From an uncultured Dehalococcoidia bacterium (GTDB lineage Bacteria; Chloroflexota; Dehalococcoidia; Lucifugimonadales; CAJWUJ01), in contig CAJWUJ010000002.1 in the NCBI GenBank assembly GCA_913047625.1, positions 2,743 to 66,742 of the forward strand: a stretch of 64,000 bases of DNA. The letters run 5' to 3'. How positions within the stretch are numbered: the first letter of the stretch is position 1; each line of letters begins with the position of its first letter. Both the position numbers and the translations under genes were made by a program. Under the pieces are notes generated by a model. The model searched no databases. It saw only the letters and a list, made by a program, of their open reading frames with translations, and was not told the DNA's origin. Positions 36,237-45,503 of the stretch are shown here, one piece after another.

Positions 36237-37304
36237 ATGGTGACATCTTCATTAGAGAGTATATATAAGGCTGATGGAGCTGTGTTCACTGATCGAAGCG
36301 GGCATAAAATTGTTGGTCATTTTGGCAACTTCCATAAAGAAATTGAGGTGCTGCAAAGCAATGCAGGTCTCCTCGATATGTCTTACTGTGACAGATTAAA
36401 TGTAACTGGAGATGATGCTCTCGATTTACTTAACCGATTATCCACGAATCAGTTAGAAGGAATGGATATTGGCTCAGTCAGATGGACTATATTAACGACA
36501 CCAAAAGGTCGTATTATTGATGTACTCAGAGTTGCCAGGATGGAGGATTATCTGAGTGTTGGTGCTAGCCCTGAGAGGATCCAAAACATTATGGAGTGGA
36601 TCGACTTTTACACATTTGGAGAAGACGTTCAACTTGTAGATGTTTCTCAAAACACTGTTGAATTTTCTTTGATTGGTCCAAATGCACCATTAGTGCTAGG
36701 CAAGTTCGTTACGGGCGGGAAGGTACTCCCAAACGATACATGCGATAGTGTTCAGATAGGTGATACCAGTATTGCTGTTATTCGTTCTGATATGAAAGAC
36801 TATCCAAGAATTAACGTAATATGCCAGAGTAATGTTGCAATTGATATTAGACAGAGCCTTTTTGAAGCCGGCAAGGATTTCCACTTGATGGCAGTGGGGT
36901 TTCAGGCAGAGGATTTTCTTAGAATCACATTAGGGATACCAATTTACGGTTTTGAACTTGATGATAAAGTGGACCCCTTAACTGCTGGTCTTCTTGGCTA
37001 TGTTAATTTTGAGAAAGGATGTTATGTGGGGCAAGAGGTAGTAACGAGGCTGAACACGTACCAGAAGATCAAGAAAAAACTTATGATGATCCAATTAAGG
37101 GATGAGGTTAACTTGGGTGCAGAAATTTATAGTGACAATACTCTTATTGGCGAAATCACTTCAGTAGCTCCAGGGGAGCAGGGACAATGGAACTCTTTAG
37201 CTTATGTCAAGAAAACTTACGCTATTCCTGGTTTAGTATGTACTGTTGGGTCAGAATCGTTGGTTGAAGCACGAATTGTAGCTGAATGTTCTATCAAAGT
37301 CTGA
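36237..37304 (+). CDS. ygfZ: Folate-binding YgfZ/GcvT-like protein (Fe-S cluster repair associated)
   Basis: GcvT-like fold pattern and the diagnostic EKGCYVGQEVVTRL motif. It lies directly after the A-type carrier gene. Confidence 0.8.
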   Translation: MVTSSLESIYKADGAVFTDRSGHKIVGHFGNFHKEIEVLQSNAGLLDMSYCDRLNVTGDDALDLLNRLSTNQLEGMDIGSVRWTILTTPKGRIIDVLRVARMEDYLSVGASPERIQNIMEWIDFYTFGEDVQLVDVSQNTVEFSLIGPNAPLVLGKFVTGGKVLPNDTCDSVQIGDTSIAVIRSDMKDYPRINVICQSNVAIDIRQSLFEAGKDFHLMAVGFQAEDFLRITLGIPIYGFELDDKVDPLTAGLLGYVNFEKGCYVGQEVVTRLNTYQKIKKKLMMIQLRDEVNLGAEIYSDNTLIGEITSVAPGEQGQWNSLAYVKKTYAIPGLVCTVGSESLVEARIVAECSIKV

Positions 37305-37326
37305 ATTTTGTTATCATGAGGACACT

Positions 37327-38100
37327 ATGGAAAGTCTTGATCTAAAAGGGAAAAAGGGAATTGTTTTCGGTGTTGCTAACGACCGGAGCATTGCCTGGGC
37401 AATTGCACAGGTTCTGTTGCAAAGTGGAGCTAAGCTGGCGGTAACTTATCAAAATGATCGCTTGAGGCCTCGGGTAGAAAAATTACTTGAACCCTATGGT
37501 GACGCATTGATTTTCGAGTGTGATGTCAGTGATGATGCGAACGTGGAAACCCTGTTCAAATCAGTCCGGGAGCAATATGGATCTCTTGACTTCGTTATTC
37601 ACTGTATTGCTTTTGCACAGAAGGAAGATTTACAGGGAGAATATTCAGCAACTCAGCGAGAAGGGTTCCGTATAGCTTTGGAAGTTAGTGCATATTCACT
37701 GCTTCCAATAGTGAAAAATGCGGCACCTCTTATGACCAATGGAGGAAGCGTAGTAACTCTTAGTTTTCTGGCTGCAGAACGGGTATTCCCCGGATATAAT
37801 ATTATGGGGACCGCAAAAGCGGCCTTAGAGAACGCAGTGAAGCAGCTCGCATATGAAGTTGGGGAAAAGAATGTCAGAGTAAATGCCATATCTGCTGGAC
37901 CACTTGATACACTAGCGTCACGGGGCATTAAAGGCTTTCTTGATATGAAAGGTATATATGTAGAGCGTTCACCTATGCGTAGGAATATTACCCATCAAGA
38001 AGTAGCAAATACAGCCCTCTTTCTTTGTAGCGATCTTTCAACAGGAATCACTGGTACGGTTCTTCATGTGGATGCTGGCTATCATATTATGGCAGTTTAA
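37327..38100 (+). CDS. fabI: Enoyl-[acyl-carrier-protein] reductase (NADH)
   Basis: LKGKKGIVFGVANDRSIAWAIA and YNIMGTAKAALE (Y-x6-K), 257 aa. Confidence 0.9.
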   Translation: MESLDLKGKKGIVFGVANDRSIAWAIAQVLLQSGAKLAVTYQNDRLRPRVEKLLEPYGDALIFECDVSDDANVETLFKSVREQYGSLDFVIHCIAFAQKEDLQGEYSATQREGFRIALEVSAYSLLPIVKNAAPLMTNGGSVVTLSFLAAERVFPGYNIMGTAKAALENAVKQLAYEVGEKNVRVNAISAGPLDTLASRGIKGFLDMKGIYVERSPMRRNITHQEVANTALFLCSDLSTGITGTVLHVDAGYHIMAV

Positions 38101-38172
38101 GTATTCTGATTTCGTTGTAGGAGCTAGCTTCACTGGTCTCCCTAAGGTGCTAAAAGGTAGCAATCCGATTAT

Positions 38173-38207
38173 TGCCTGTACTTTTTGTTTCGTTTCAAAC
38201 ACAGGCA
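38173..38207. terminator. Possible bidirectional hairpin between convergent fabI and M20 genes
   Basis: TGCCTGT (38173-38179) pairs with ACAGGCA (38201-38207), with an inner GTTT/AAAC pairing. The loop/bulge is large, so the call is weak. Confidence 0.25.
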
Positions 38208-38237
38208 TACTTTCAATTGGCAGGAGAAAAGAGGCGC

Positions 38238-39413
38238 TCAGGAAAGAAATTCTATTGCTGCTCTGGACATTGTTTCAAGTGCTATAGGCAGTGCCTCTTC
38301 GTCGAGATCGTATTCGGGGCTGTGAAGAGGAGCTCCAGCACCTTTTTCCGCGTTCCCTACCCCCAAAAGGAAATAACACCCTGGGGCTTCATTGAGGAAG
38401 ACAGAAACATCATCACCAACAGTGCTTTGGCCTGGATCCACTACATTGTTGGAGCCTACAACGAGTGATGCAGCCTCTCGTACTGCATTTGCAACTTCTG
38501 CATTATTCCAGACTGCTGGCGCGCTTCTCTCCACGCTTACAGTAGCCGAACATCGATAAGCTTCGGCTATGTGTTGCGAGATTTCCTCTACTCTTCTCCG
38601 AACAAACTCTCGGGTGTCATCCGAGAAAGTTCTACTGGATCCCCGAATTTCGATAGCATCTGGAATAACATTAAACCGAGTTCCTCCAGAGAATACGCCC
38701 ATCGTCAGTGCGGCAGGGTTAAATGGAGATAATTCGCGTGCTATTATATTTTCTAAGGAGAGAACAATGTTGGATCCAGCTACTATGGGATCTGCAGTGA
38801 CATGCGGGGTACCGCCATGTCCTCCAGTACCTTTTACCTTTATGCACAGTTCCTCTACTCCGGCCCACATTGCTCCATTCCTGACCCCAATTTGTCCTCT
38901 TGGCAGACTCGGAAAAGTGTGGAAACCTATTACTCGGTCAGGCTTAGGATTTTCCATAACCCCTTCTTCAAGCATGAGCTTGCCTCCAGCTACTATTTCT
39001 TCTGCCGGCTGGAAGACAATCTTGACTTTCCCTTTTAATTGGTCTTTGTGTTTGGCCAAGATGTCCGCTATAACTAGACTGACGGCTGTATGACCATCAT
39101 GGCCACAGGCGTGCATCTTGCCGGGATACGTGGAGCCGTAAGAACGCCCTTCAATTTCTTGTATAGGCAAGGCATCTATATCTGCTCGTAGCATCAAAGT
39201 TTTTCCTGGCTTACCAAGATCAAGGACACCAACTACCCCTGTTTTAGCTACCCCTGTTTGTACTTCAAATCCCAGTTTTTGGAGTCGTGTGGCAAGAATT
39301 TCTGCAGTCCGGTGCTCTTCAAAGGCAAGCTCAGGATGCATATGAAAATCTCTTCTAACCGCTATTAGCTCCTCTTTAAGTTCGGTAACCTCTTGTTTGA
39401 TGTCTATGTTCAT
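38238..39413 (-). CDS. M20D family amidohydrolase (N-acyl-L-amino acid amidohydrolase / hippurate hydrolase-like)
   Basis: MHACGHDGH metal motif, HMHPELAFEE near the N-terminus, 391 aa. Confidence 0.85.
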   Translation of the reverse strand: MNIDIKQEVTELKEELIAVRRDFHMHPELAFEEHRTAEILATRLQKLGFEVQTGVAKTGVVGVLDLGKPGKTLMLRADIDALPIQEIEGRSYGSTYPGKMHACGHDGHTAVSLVIADILAKHKDQLKGKVKIVFQPAEEIVAGGKLMLEEGVMENPKPDRVIGFHTFPSLPRGQIGVRNGAMWAGVEELCIKVKGTGGHGGTPHVTADPIVAGSNIVLSLENIIARELSPFNPAALTMGVFSGGTRFNVIPDAIEIRGSSRTFSDDTREFVRRRVEEISQHIAEAYRCSATVSVERSAPAVWNNAEVANAVREAASLVVGSNNVVDPGQSTVGDDVSVFLNEAPGCYFLLGVGNAEKGAGAPLHSPEYDLDEEALPIALETMSRAAIEFLS

Positions 39414-39547
39414 TTTTTACCTCGCTTTATACTAGTCCTATGCTTAAAATGTTGATTAATATATAGTCTACATAAACCAAAAGCAATCAGTTAACCTTAT
39501 TGCTGAATAAATCATCAGTTTTATTTTTTAGAAGGATAGGGTGATTT

Positions 39548-40204
39548 GTGAGCCAAGAAAAAGAAATACCTCTCTTCCCATTAAACGTTACATTATTCCC
39601 TCACATGACACTCCCATTGCATATTTTTGAGCAACGGTATCGCACCATGATGAAAGACATCATGGATGGGGACAAATTATTTGGCGTTGTTTTGATAAAG
39701 TCAGGACCTGAAGTTGGGGGACCCGCAATCCCGTATTCAATTGGCACAACTGCTATGGTGGAGACCACTAAGACCTTAGATGATGGACGTCTAAATATAT
39801 CTACAAAGGGAGTGGATCGTTTTCGCATAAAAAATATAATACGAAATACCCCGTATTTATTTGCTAATGTGGATATTATTCCTGAGGATACAAGTATTGA
39901 TCTTGGGGCTCATCAATCCCTTTTGGACGAAGTAAGAGAATTAACTAGAGAGTATGTTAAAGGCTTAGTAGGATTAGAAGGTGGGTGGATGCAATCGGTT
40001 AGTTTACCTGACACTGGGAATAATCTGAGCTACTTTATCGCTAGTGTCCTGCGTGTAGATGCAAATGTGAAACAGCAATTGCTGGAAATACCTGCTACCC
40101 TCGATCGATTTAAACAAGAAGCAATCATTCTTCGAGAGCAAGTTAAGAAGATTCAAATTCGGATTCAAAAGAAATATAAGTTTCCGAAATCAGGATTTAA
40201 TTAA
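39548..40204 (+). CDS. LON N-terminal substrate-binding domain protein
   Basis: IPLFPLNVTLFPHMTLPLHIFEQRYRTMM is typical of the LON-N domain. 218 aa, GTG start. Confidence 0.75.
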   Translation: MSQEKEIPLFPLNVTLFPHMTLPLHIFEQRYRTMMKDIMDGDKLFGVVLIKSGPEVGGPAIPYSIGTTAMVETTKTLDDGRLNISTKGVDRFRIKNIIRNTPYLFANVDIIPEDTSIDLGAHQSLLDEVRELTREYVKGLVGLEGGWMQSVSLPDTGNNLSYFIASVLRVDANVKQQLLEIPATLDRFKQEAIILREQVKKIQIRIQKKYKFPKSGFN

Positions 40205-40218
40205 CCTTCTTTGGGTCC

Positions 40219-41313
40219 TTATACAGAAGCGCTATGTAAGGCGTTTTTTACGGATTCGGCTATACGTTCTTTGGTTTGTCGTAGTAAGGATGTATTAACA
40301 TTGATGGTAAAAGTACGACTTGGACGTTGATTAGGATCCAAATAAATTGCATGTTCGGAGAGAGCCTGTCTGAATGTCTTCGGATTAATAGTTGGGGACA
40401 ATTTAACCAAGAAGATGTTGGATCCGTTCTTGAAAGCAGTGATACTGATCCCAGGTAAATTATTAATCAGCCTGAAGAGTAACTGAGACGTGCTAAAGGC
40501 TTTTTTATAGGTTTCTTCGAATGAGGTTAGTTCTTTTAGTGCCAATGCGGCAAAGAAGTAGGCACCCCACAGTGCTCCGCCAAACATTCGTCTGGACTGA
40601 ATCATAGGTTTCAGGAGATACGTTGGTCCAGCGAGAATAGCCCCGGATGGGGAATTAAGGTATTTATAGAGTGAAACGTAGACGGTATCAAAAAGCTTTG
40701 TGTAATCAGTAATAGGGATTTTGGTGGCTGCGGACATCATAAAAAGGCGAGCCCCGTCCAAGTGGCAGGCAATAGAATTTTGCCGGCAATAATCCGTGAT
40801 ACGTTGCATGTCACCATAAGCTACAGTCTGGCCCATTTTGCGTCGCACAGGGCTTTCTATAACTAGAGCAGCAATAGGTGTATCGACTCGTCCCGTTTTG
40901 GCGTTCCTGATTGCTTCTTTCAGTTCGTTGAGGGAGAAACATACCCTATTTTTCCCTAGTGGAATCAGTTTCAAACCACTTAGTTTTTCGAGTCCATCAC
41001 CAGTATCGTTATAAATGTGGCTCTGTTCAGGTACGATTACTCTTTTTTGCGACTGACATAAGTGCCGAAGAGCCAAATGGTTGGCCAGAGTCCCTGTTGG
41101 CATAAAAATAGCAGATTCTTTTCCGAGCAACGATGCCATTTGCTCTTCCAGAAGTTTAACAGTACCTCCAAGAGAAAAATGATCGGTCTCCAATCCCGAC
41201 ATCTCATGATAATGCTGTAGTCGTTCTAGGAGATCTCCAGGGTTCAGCCTGTCGCTTTCTCCCCATAAATAGACTGGTTGAGACTTGTGGTCGTTGCTAT
41301 GTTCAGAAAACAT
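40219..41313 (-). CDS. Fold-type I PLP enzyme, threonine aldolase / beta-eliminating lyase family
   Basis: LEEQMASLLGKESAIFMPTGTLANHLALRHL and SLYKYL (candidate PLP Lys), 364 aa. Confidence 0.6.
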   Translation of the reverse strand: MFSEHSNDHKSQPVYLWGESDRLNPGDLLERLQHYHEMSGLETDHFSLGGTVKLLEEQMASLLGKESAIFMPTGTLANHLALRHLCQSQKRVIVPEQSHIYNDTGDGLEKLSGLKLIPLGKNRVCFSLNELKEAIRNAKTGRVDTPIAALVIESPVRRKMGQTVAYGDMQRITDYCRQNSIACHLDGARLFMMSAATKIPITDYTKLFDTVYVSLYKYLNSPSGAILAGPTYLLKPMIQSRRMFGGALWGAYFFAALALKELTSFEETYKKAFSTSQLLFRLINNLPGISITAFKNGSNIFLVKLSPTINPKTFRQALSEHAIYLDPNQRPSRTFTINVNTSLLRQTKERIAESVKNALHSASV

Positions 41314-41336
41314 CTACTGTCCGTTTCCTTAATTGA

Positions 41337-42356
41337 CTACAAGGAGAGTTCTTTCCGTACGATAGCTGTTCCTTGCACCATGGCAGTGAGTTTACTTACC
41401 GCTATGTACCGTGGGCTCCACCCAAAACCGCAGTCAGGATTTACGAATACGGTGTCTGGTTTGGCGTATTTCAAGACGTCCCTAAGGCGAGAGGCTACAT
41501 CCTCTGGTGATTCAGGATGGAATGATTTAACGTCTATGATCCCAGCACCGAGTTCTCTTCCATCTGCCCAATCTGACCACTTTTCGACTTCACTCATTTC
41601 TCGACTTGCGTATTCCAGAACGAATTGGTCTGCATTAGCATTGAGAACGCCTGGGAAGTAATCGCCATAGGATCGTTTGAAGCGTGCGCGGCCTGCTCTA
41701 TTGCCAAAGCAGATGTGAAATGCAAGTTTGGCTTTCACTCCATTAGTTGCTTTGTTGAAAAGCCGTGCCATTTCTTCGCCTGTTACGTTTCCTCTTGCTG
41801 GTTCGTCGATTTGGATGAAGGTAGCTCCGTTTGCAACAAGTTCCTTGAGCTCGGTGTTAATCACCTCGGCAAATTCTTCAGCAACACTCACTGTGTCTTT
41901 ATAAATATTAGCCGGATGTATCCTAGAGCCGAATGTCAGTGGTCCAGCACAAGTTGCTTTAGTATGAAGGCTAGTTTTACTAACAAGATAGGTATATTCA
42001 CTGACAATTCCTAAACCAGCGGGAGCTTTTATAGGTGCTGTAGCCTTATACCGAGTTTGTTGATCATATCCCCAAGGACCAGCTTTGCGTTTTGGTTCTG
42101 TGGCCTGAATACCCTCGATAATTGCATAGTAACCATCGACATATCCATCGAGCCTTCTTGATTCGCCATCGGTAATAATATCTAGGCCTGCTCTTTCCTG
42201 ATCTAATATCGCAATGTCAACGGCGTCGTCTAGAAGCTCTGAGAGATCCTGAGATCCCCATTCTCCTGTATCTATCAAGCCTTTGCACTGATGCCACCAG
42301 CTTGGCTTAGCATGGGAACCTACGACTGTGGTTGGTAATAAGGGTAACTTATTCAT
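41337..42356 (-). CDS. Cobalamin-independent methionine synthase catalytic-domain-like protein (short MetE-like, Meth_synt_2 family)
   Basis: LLPTTVVGSHAKPSWW, IQIDEPA, HICFGN and NPDCGF (Zn-ligand His/Cys pattern), 339 aa. Its start overlaps the aconitase stop by 8 nt. Confidence 0.75.
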   Translation of the reverse strand: MNKLPLLPTTVVGSHAKPSWWHQCKGLIDTGEWGSQDLSELLDDAVDIAILDQERAGLDIITDGESRRLDGYVDGYYAIIEGIQATEPKRKAGPWGYDQQTRYKATAPIKAPAGLGIVSEYTYLVSKTSLHTKATCAGPLTFGSRIHPANIYKDTVSVAEEFAEVINTELKELVANGATFIQIDEPARGNVTGEEMARLFNKATNGVKAKLAFHICFGNRAGRARFKRSYGDYFPGVLNANADQFVLEYASREMSEVEKWSDWADGRELGAGIIDVKSFHPESPEDVASRLRDVLKYAKPDTVFVNPDCGFGWSPRYIAVSKLTAMVQGTAIVRKELSL

Positions 42357-44280
42357 CTTTACTATTCTCTCCTACGTATGTTAGTAATCCTCCAGCCAAC
42401 AAGATTTCTCTTTGCCGACTGCTGATTTCAAGGTTTGTGATTATTGTTGTTTCTGAGGTTTGGTTGTGAACCGGAAACGAATTCGAACCACTTTCAAGAA
42501 GTTCTATAACATTATCCAAGTTTAATGTATCTCCTTCTTGAATAGCATCATAGTCTGCCTCTGACTGAAGCGTTAGGGGCAAGATGCCATAGTTGATCAG
42601 GTTGCCAAAATGAATTCTTGAGAATGATTTTGCAATGACAATTGTAACGCCCAGAGACATTGGGCAAAGAGCTGCATGCTCTCTAGAACTACCTTGGCCA
42701 TAATTATGACCGCCTACGATAATACCGCCTTGCTTTTTCTTGACACGGTTGATGAAATCGGCGTCCACATATTTGAAAAGATATTCTCGTATAGCCGGCA
42801 CGTTCGACCGAAGAGGAAGCACTGTGGGACCTGCTGGGAGTATGTGATCTGTAGATATATTGTCACCAAGTTTAATGAGAATATCGCCTACTATTTTTCG
42901 GCCCATGGGGTTTTTGACTGGGACTGGTTGAATGTTTGGTCCCCTCCGGATTTGAACATATTGCCCGTTCTTTGGAGGGGGAATGATGCCATTGGTATTA
43001 ATATTAAATCGCTCAGGGTTTTCGGGCGCGGACGATATATCAAGGTCTCTAGGATCAGCTATGTAGCCACTTAGCGCTGCTGCAGCACAAGCGATTGGAC
43101 TTGCTAAATACACGTGGTTATCTAATCCACCTGAGCGACCTGGGAAATTGCGGTTAAATGAACGAACAGAAACAGCACCTGAGGAAGGGATTTGCCCCAT
43201 TCCGGCGCAAGGACCACATGCTGACTCCAGTATTCGGGCACCAGCGGCAATCATATCGGCCAGAGCACCGTTTTCTGCTATTAGTTGGAGCACTTGTTTC
43301 GAACCTGGGCTAACGACCATATTAACATTTGGATGGATCGTTTTACCACGTAATGCAGAAGCTACAGTCATTAGATCTGAAAATGATGAGTTTGTGCAAC
43401 TTCCAATTGCTACTTGGTTCACAGGGGTTCCAGAGACTTCCGTTATTGAGCACACATTGTCAGGACTATCAGGTCTGGCAATCAGAGGTTCTAATTCAGA
43501 CAAATCCAACGTTAGTGTGTCATCATAACATGCATCAGCATCTGGACGAAGCTCTTGAAAATAAGACTCACGGCCTTGTTGAACCAAATATGCTAGAGTT
43601 TGTTTGTCACTTGGGAAAATAGATGTCGTTGCCCCTAATTCTGCGCCCATATTGGTTATTGTGGCTCGTTGGGGGACATCTAAAGTTGCTACTCCTGGGC
43701 CGTAATATTCGAGTGCCCAACCGATACCTCCTTTAACGGAGAGATCACCAAGGAGTTTCATGATGATGTCTTTTGCACTGACTCCACGGGAAAGCTGTCC
43801 TTCTAAGCAAATGCCTCTGACTTTTGGCATCTTAAAGTAGTACGGGCTTCCAGCCATAGCAATAGCCACGTCCAGACCACCTGCGCCCAAAGAGAGAGTA
43901 CCCATGCCTCCACATGTAGGGGTATGGCTATCAGTTCCTAGTAGAGTGACTCCAGGTACTGCAAATCTTTCTAAGTGTACTTGGTGGCAGATACCATTAC
44001 CTGGTCGAGAAAAATGAATTCCATATTTGGCAGCCACATCTTGAAGATAAATATGATCATCTGCGTTTCGGAAGTCACCTTGCATCATATTATGATCAAT
44101 ATAACTTACTGCGAGATCAACTTTGACGCGATCAGCCCCCGTAGCTTCGAATTGAAGATATGATAGGGTGCCTGTGGCATCCTGTGTCAGTGTCTGATCA
44201 ACTCGAATAGCTATTTCATTTCCAGCTTCAGGCGTTCCACTAACCAAGTGGGCTTGTATAATCTTTTGGACAAGATTCAA
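42349..44280 (-). CDS. Aconitase-family Fe-S hydro-lyase (about 640 aa, catalytic and swivel domains fused)
   Basis: DQTLTQDATGT, GTDSHTPTCGG, GSCTNSS and CGPCAGMG (three cluster Cys), with a C-terminal swivel domain GGHNYGQGSSREHAA. TTG 44280 (AAGGAG 7 nt upstream, giving MNLVQKIIQAH) is preferred over the track's GTG 44322. Confidence 0.85.
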   Translation of the reverse strand: MNLVQKIIQAHLVSGTPEAGNEIAIRVDQTLTQDATGTLSYLQFEATGADRVKVDLAVSYIDHNMMQGDFRNADDHIYLQDVAAKYGIHFSRPGNGICHQVHLERFAVPGVTLLGTDSHTPTCGGMGTLSLGAGGLDVAIAMAGSPYYFKMPKVRGICLEGQLSRGVSAKDIIMKLLGDLSVKGGIGWALEYYGPGVATLDVPQRATITNMGAELGATTSIFPSDKQTLAYLVQQGRESYFQELRPDADACYDDTLTLDLSELEPLIARPDSPDNVCSITEVSGTPVNQVAIGSCTNSSFSDLMTVASALRGKTIHPNVNMVVSPGSKQVLQLIAENGALADMIAAGARILESACGPCAGMGQIPSSGAVSVRSFNRNFPGRSGGLDNHVYLASPIACAAAALSGYIADPRDLDISSAPENPERFNINTNGIIPPPKNGQYVQIRRGPNIQPVPVKNPMGRKIVGDILIKLGDNISTDHILPAGPTVLPLRSNVPAIREYLFKYVDADFINRVKKKQGGIIVGGHNYGQGSSREHAALCPMSLGVTIVIAKSFSRIHFGNLINYGILPLTLQSEADYDAIQEGDTLNLDNVIELLESGSNSFPVHNQTSETTIITNLEISSRQREILLAGGLLTYVGENSKDE

Positions 44281-44333
44281 ATATCTGCTCCTTGATATGC
44301 ATTCTAACGATAGTGACACCACACCGATCTGAT

Positions 44334-45488
44334 TCAGCCTAGTGAACTTAAAGGCACCAAGATTGATCCTTCCATAATCCTTCTGGCAGTTCGATAGGTC
44401 GTGATTCTTTTAGCTTGCCATGACCCGCCCACTTGTTTCATCTCTGCTCCTACTTCGATGACACCGGCAGGATGACCGATTCTGAGTGGGCCTTGCATGG
44501 CGGCGCCGATTGTATCGTGTACGATAGTATTGTTTATATTAGCAGCAGCTGCCAGACACATGCTTACAGTAGCGGGGATTGTTCTGTGGGTCAAACCCAT
44601 AGAAATTGCCCGTATGCAGAGGTCAGTTTCGTGTGTAGCAATATACCTATTATCGCTTGTCTGGTAAGAGGTTGAAGAACCAATCATAACAACTTTTGGT
44701 ACTGCTTTACTTGAAATTAAGGAATTATCAACACCGTTGGACAATTGCATCTTTTGTGAGGCATGTACCCTAATTGTTTCCAAAAGCGATTGCAGGGCTG
44801 TATCTGCATCCAAATCAGGTGGGAACTTGGTTATGTCTGCGCTTACATCTTCTGCTCGTACGAAAACCACCGGTATTGTAACGTCAACGATGGAGACTGA
44901 AATTGTCTTGTTGGGGGAAATTTGGATAGTGTCTGTCGGGCTACCAGTTGGAAGAATTGATCCCGTGGTGTTGCCACTGGGATTAATAAAGTCGAGCTTT
45001 ACGGGAGATCCAGTTCCCGGAACTCCTGCAATGGCATAATCCCCTTCTACTTGGTACTGACCGTCTTTGACTGAGATATGGGCTTCGATGAGCTGACTAG
45101 TATTTGTTGCTAGTATGCGAACTTTGGTAATAGGATCTCGTGTCTTAATAAGATTTTCCTCTATACCGTAAGGTCCTACTGCTGCCATCATATTTCCGCA
45201 GGTGCCTTTCCAATCAATGATTGGAGTACGGACGTCAACTTGCCCAAACGTGAAAGTCAGGTCGATGCCGGAGGTTGAGCTTTTGCCTATAATACCAACT
45301 TTACTGAGGGATGAAATTCCCCCACCGAGACCGTCAATTTGCCGACCATAGGGGTCAGGACTCCCTAAAGCAGTTAATATAATTTTATTCTTATCTTCGG
45401 AAGAGTACTTGGCAATATCATTTTCTGCAAAGAAAACTGCTCTGCTGGTACCACCCCGCATAAATACTGCAGGAACTTTGACTTGAAT
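44334..45488 (-). CDS. prpF: PrpF / methylaconitate-methylitaconate isomerase family protein; probable non-canonical ATT start
   Basis: MRGGTSRAVFF, GSPDPYGRQIDGLGGG and WKGTCGNM. The family-conserved strand IQVKVPAVF precedes the first ATG (45461) in frame, with no ATG/GTG/TTG upstream. ATT at 45488 lies 8 nt after AGAGAGG. Confidence 0.8.
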   Translation of the reverse strand: MQVKVPAVFMRGGTSRAVFFAENDIAKYSSEDKNKIILTALGSPDPYGRQIDGLGGGISSLSKVGIIGKSSTSGIDLTFTFGQVDVRTPIIDWKGTCGNMMAAVGPYGIEENLIKTRDPITKVRILATNTSQLIEAHISVKDGQYQVEGDYAIAGVPGTGSPVKLDFINPSGNTTGSILPTGSPTDTIQISPNKTISVSIVDVTIPVVFVRAEDVSADITKFPPDLDADTALQSLLETIRVHASQKMQLSNGVDNSLISSKAVPKVVMIGSSTSYQTSDNRYIATHETDLCIRAISMGLTHRTIPATVSMCLAAAANINNTIVHDTIGAAMQGPLRIGHPAGVIEVGAEMKQVGGSWQAKRITTYRTARRIMEGSILVPLSSLG

Positions 45489-45503
45489 AACTGATACCTC
45501 TCT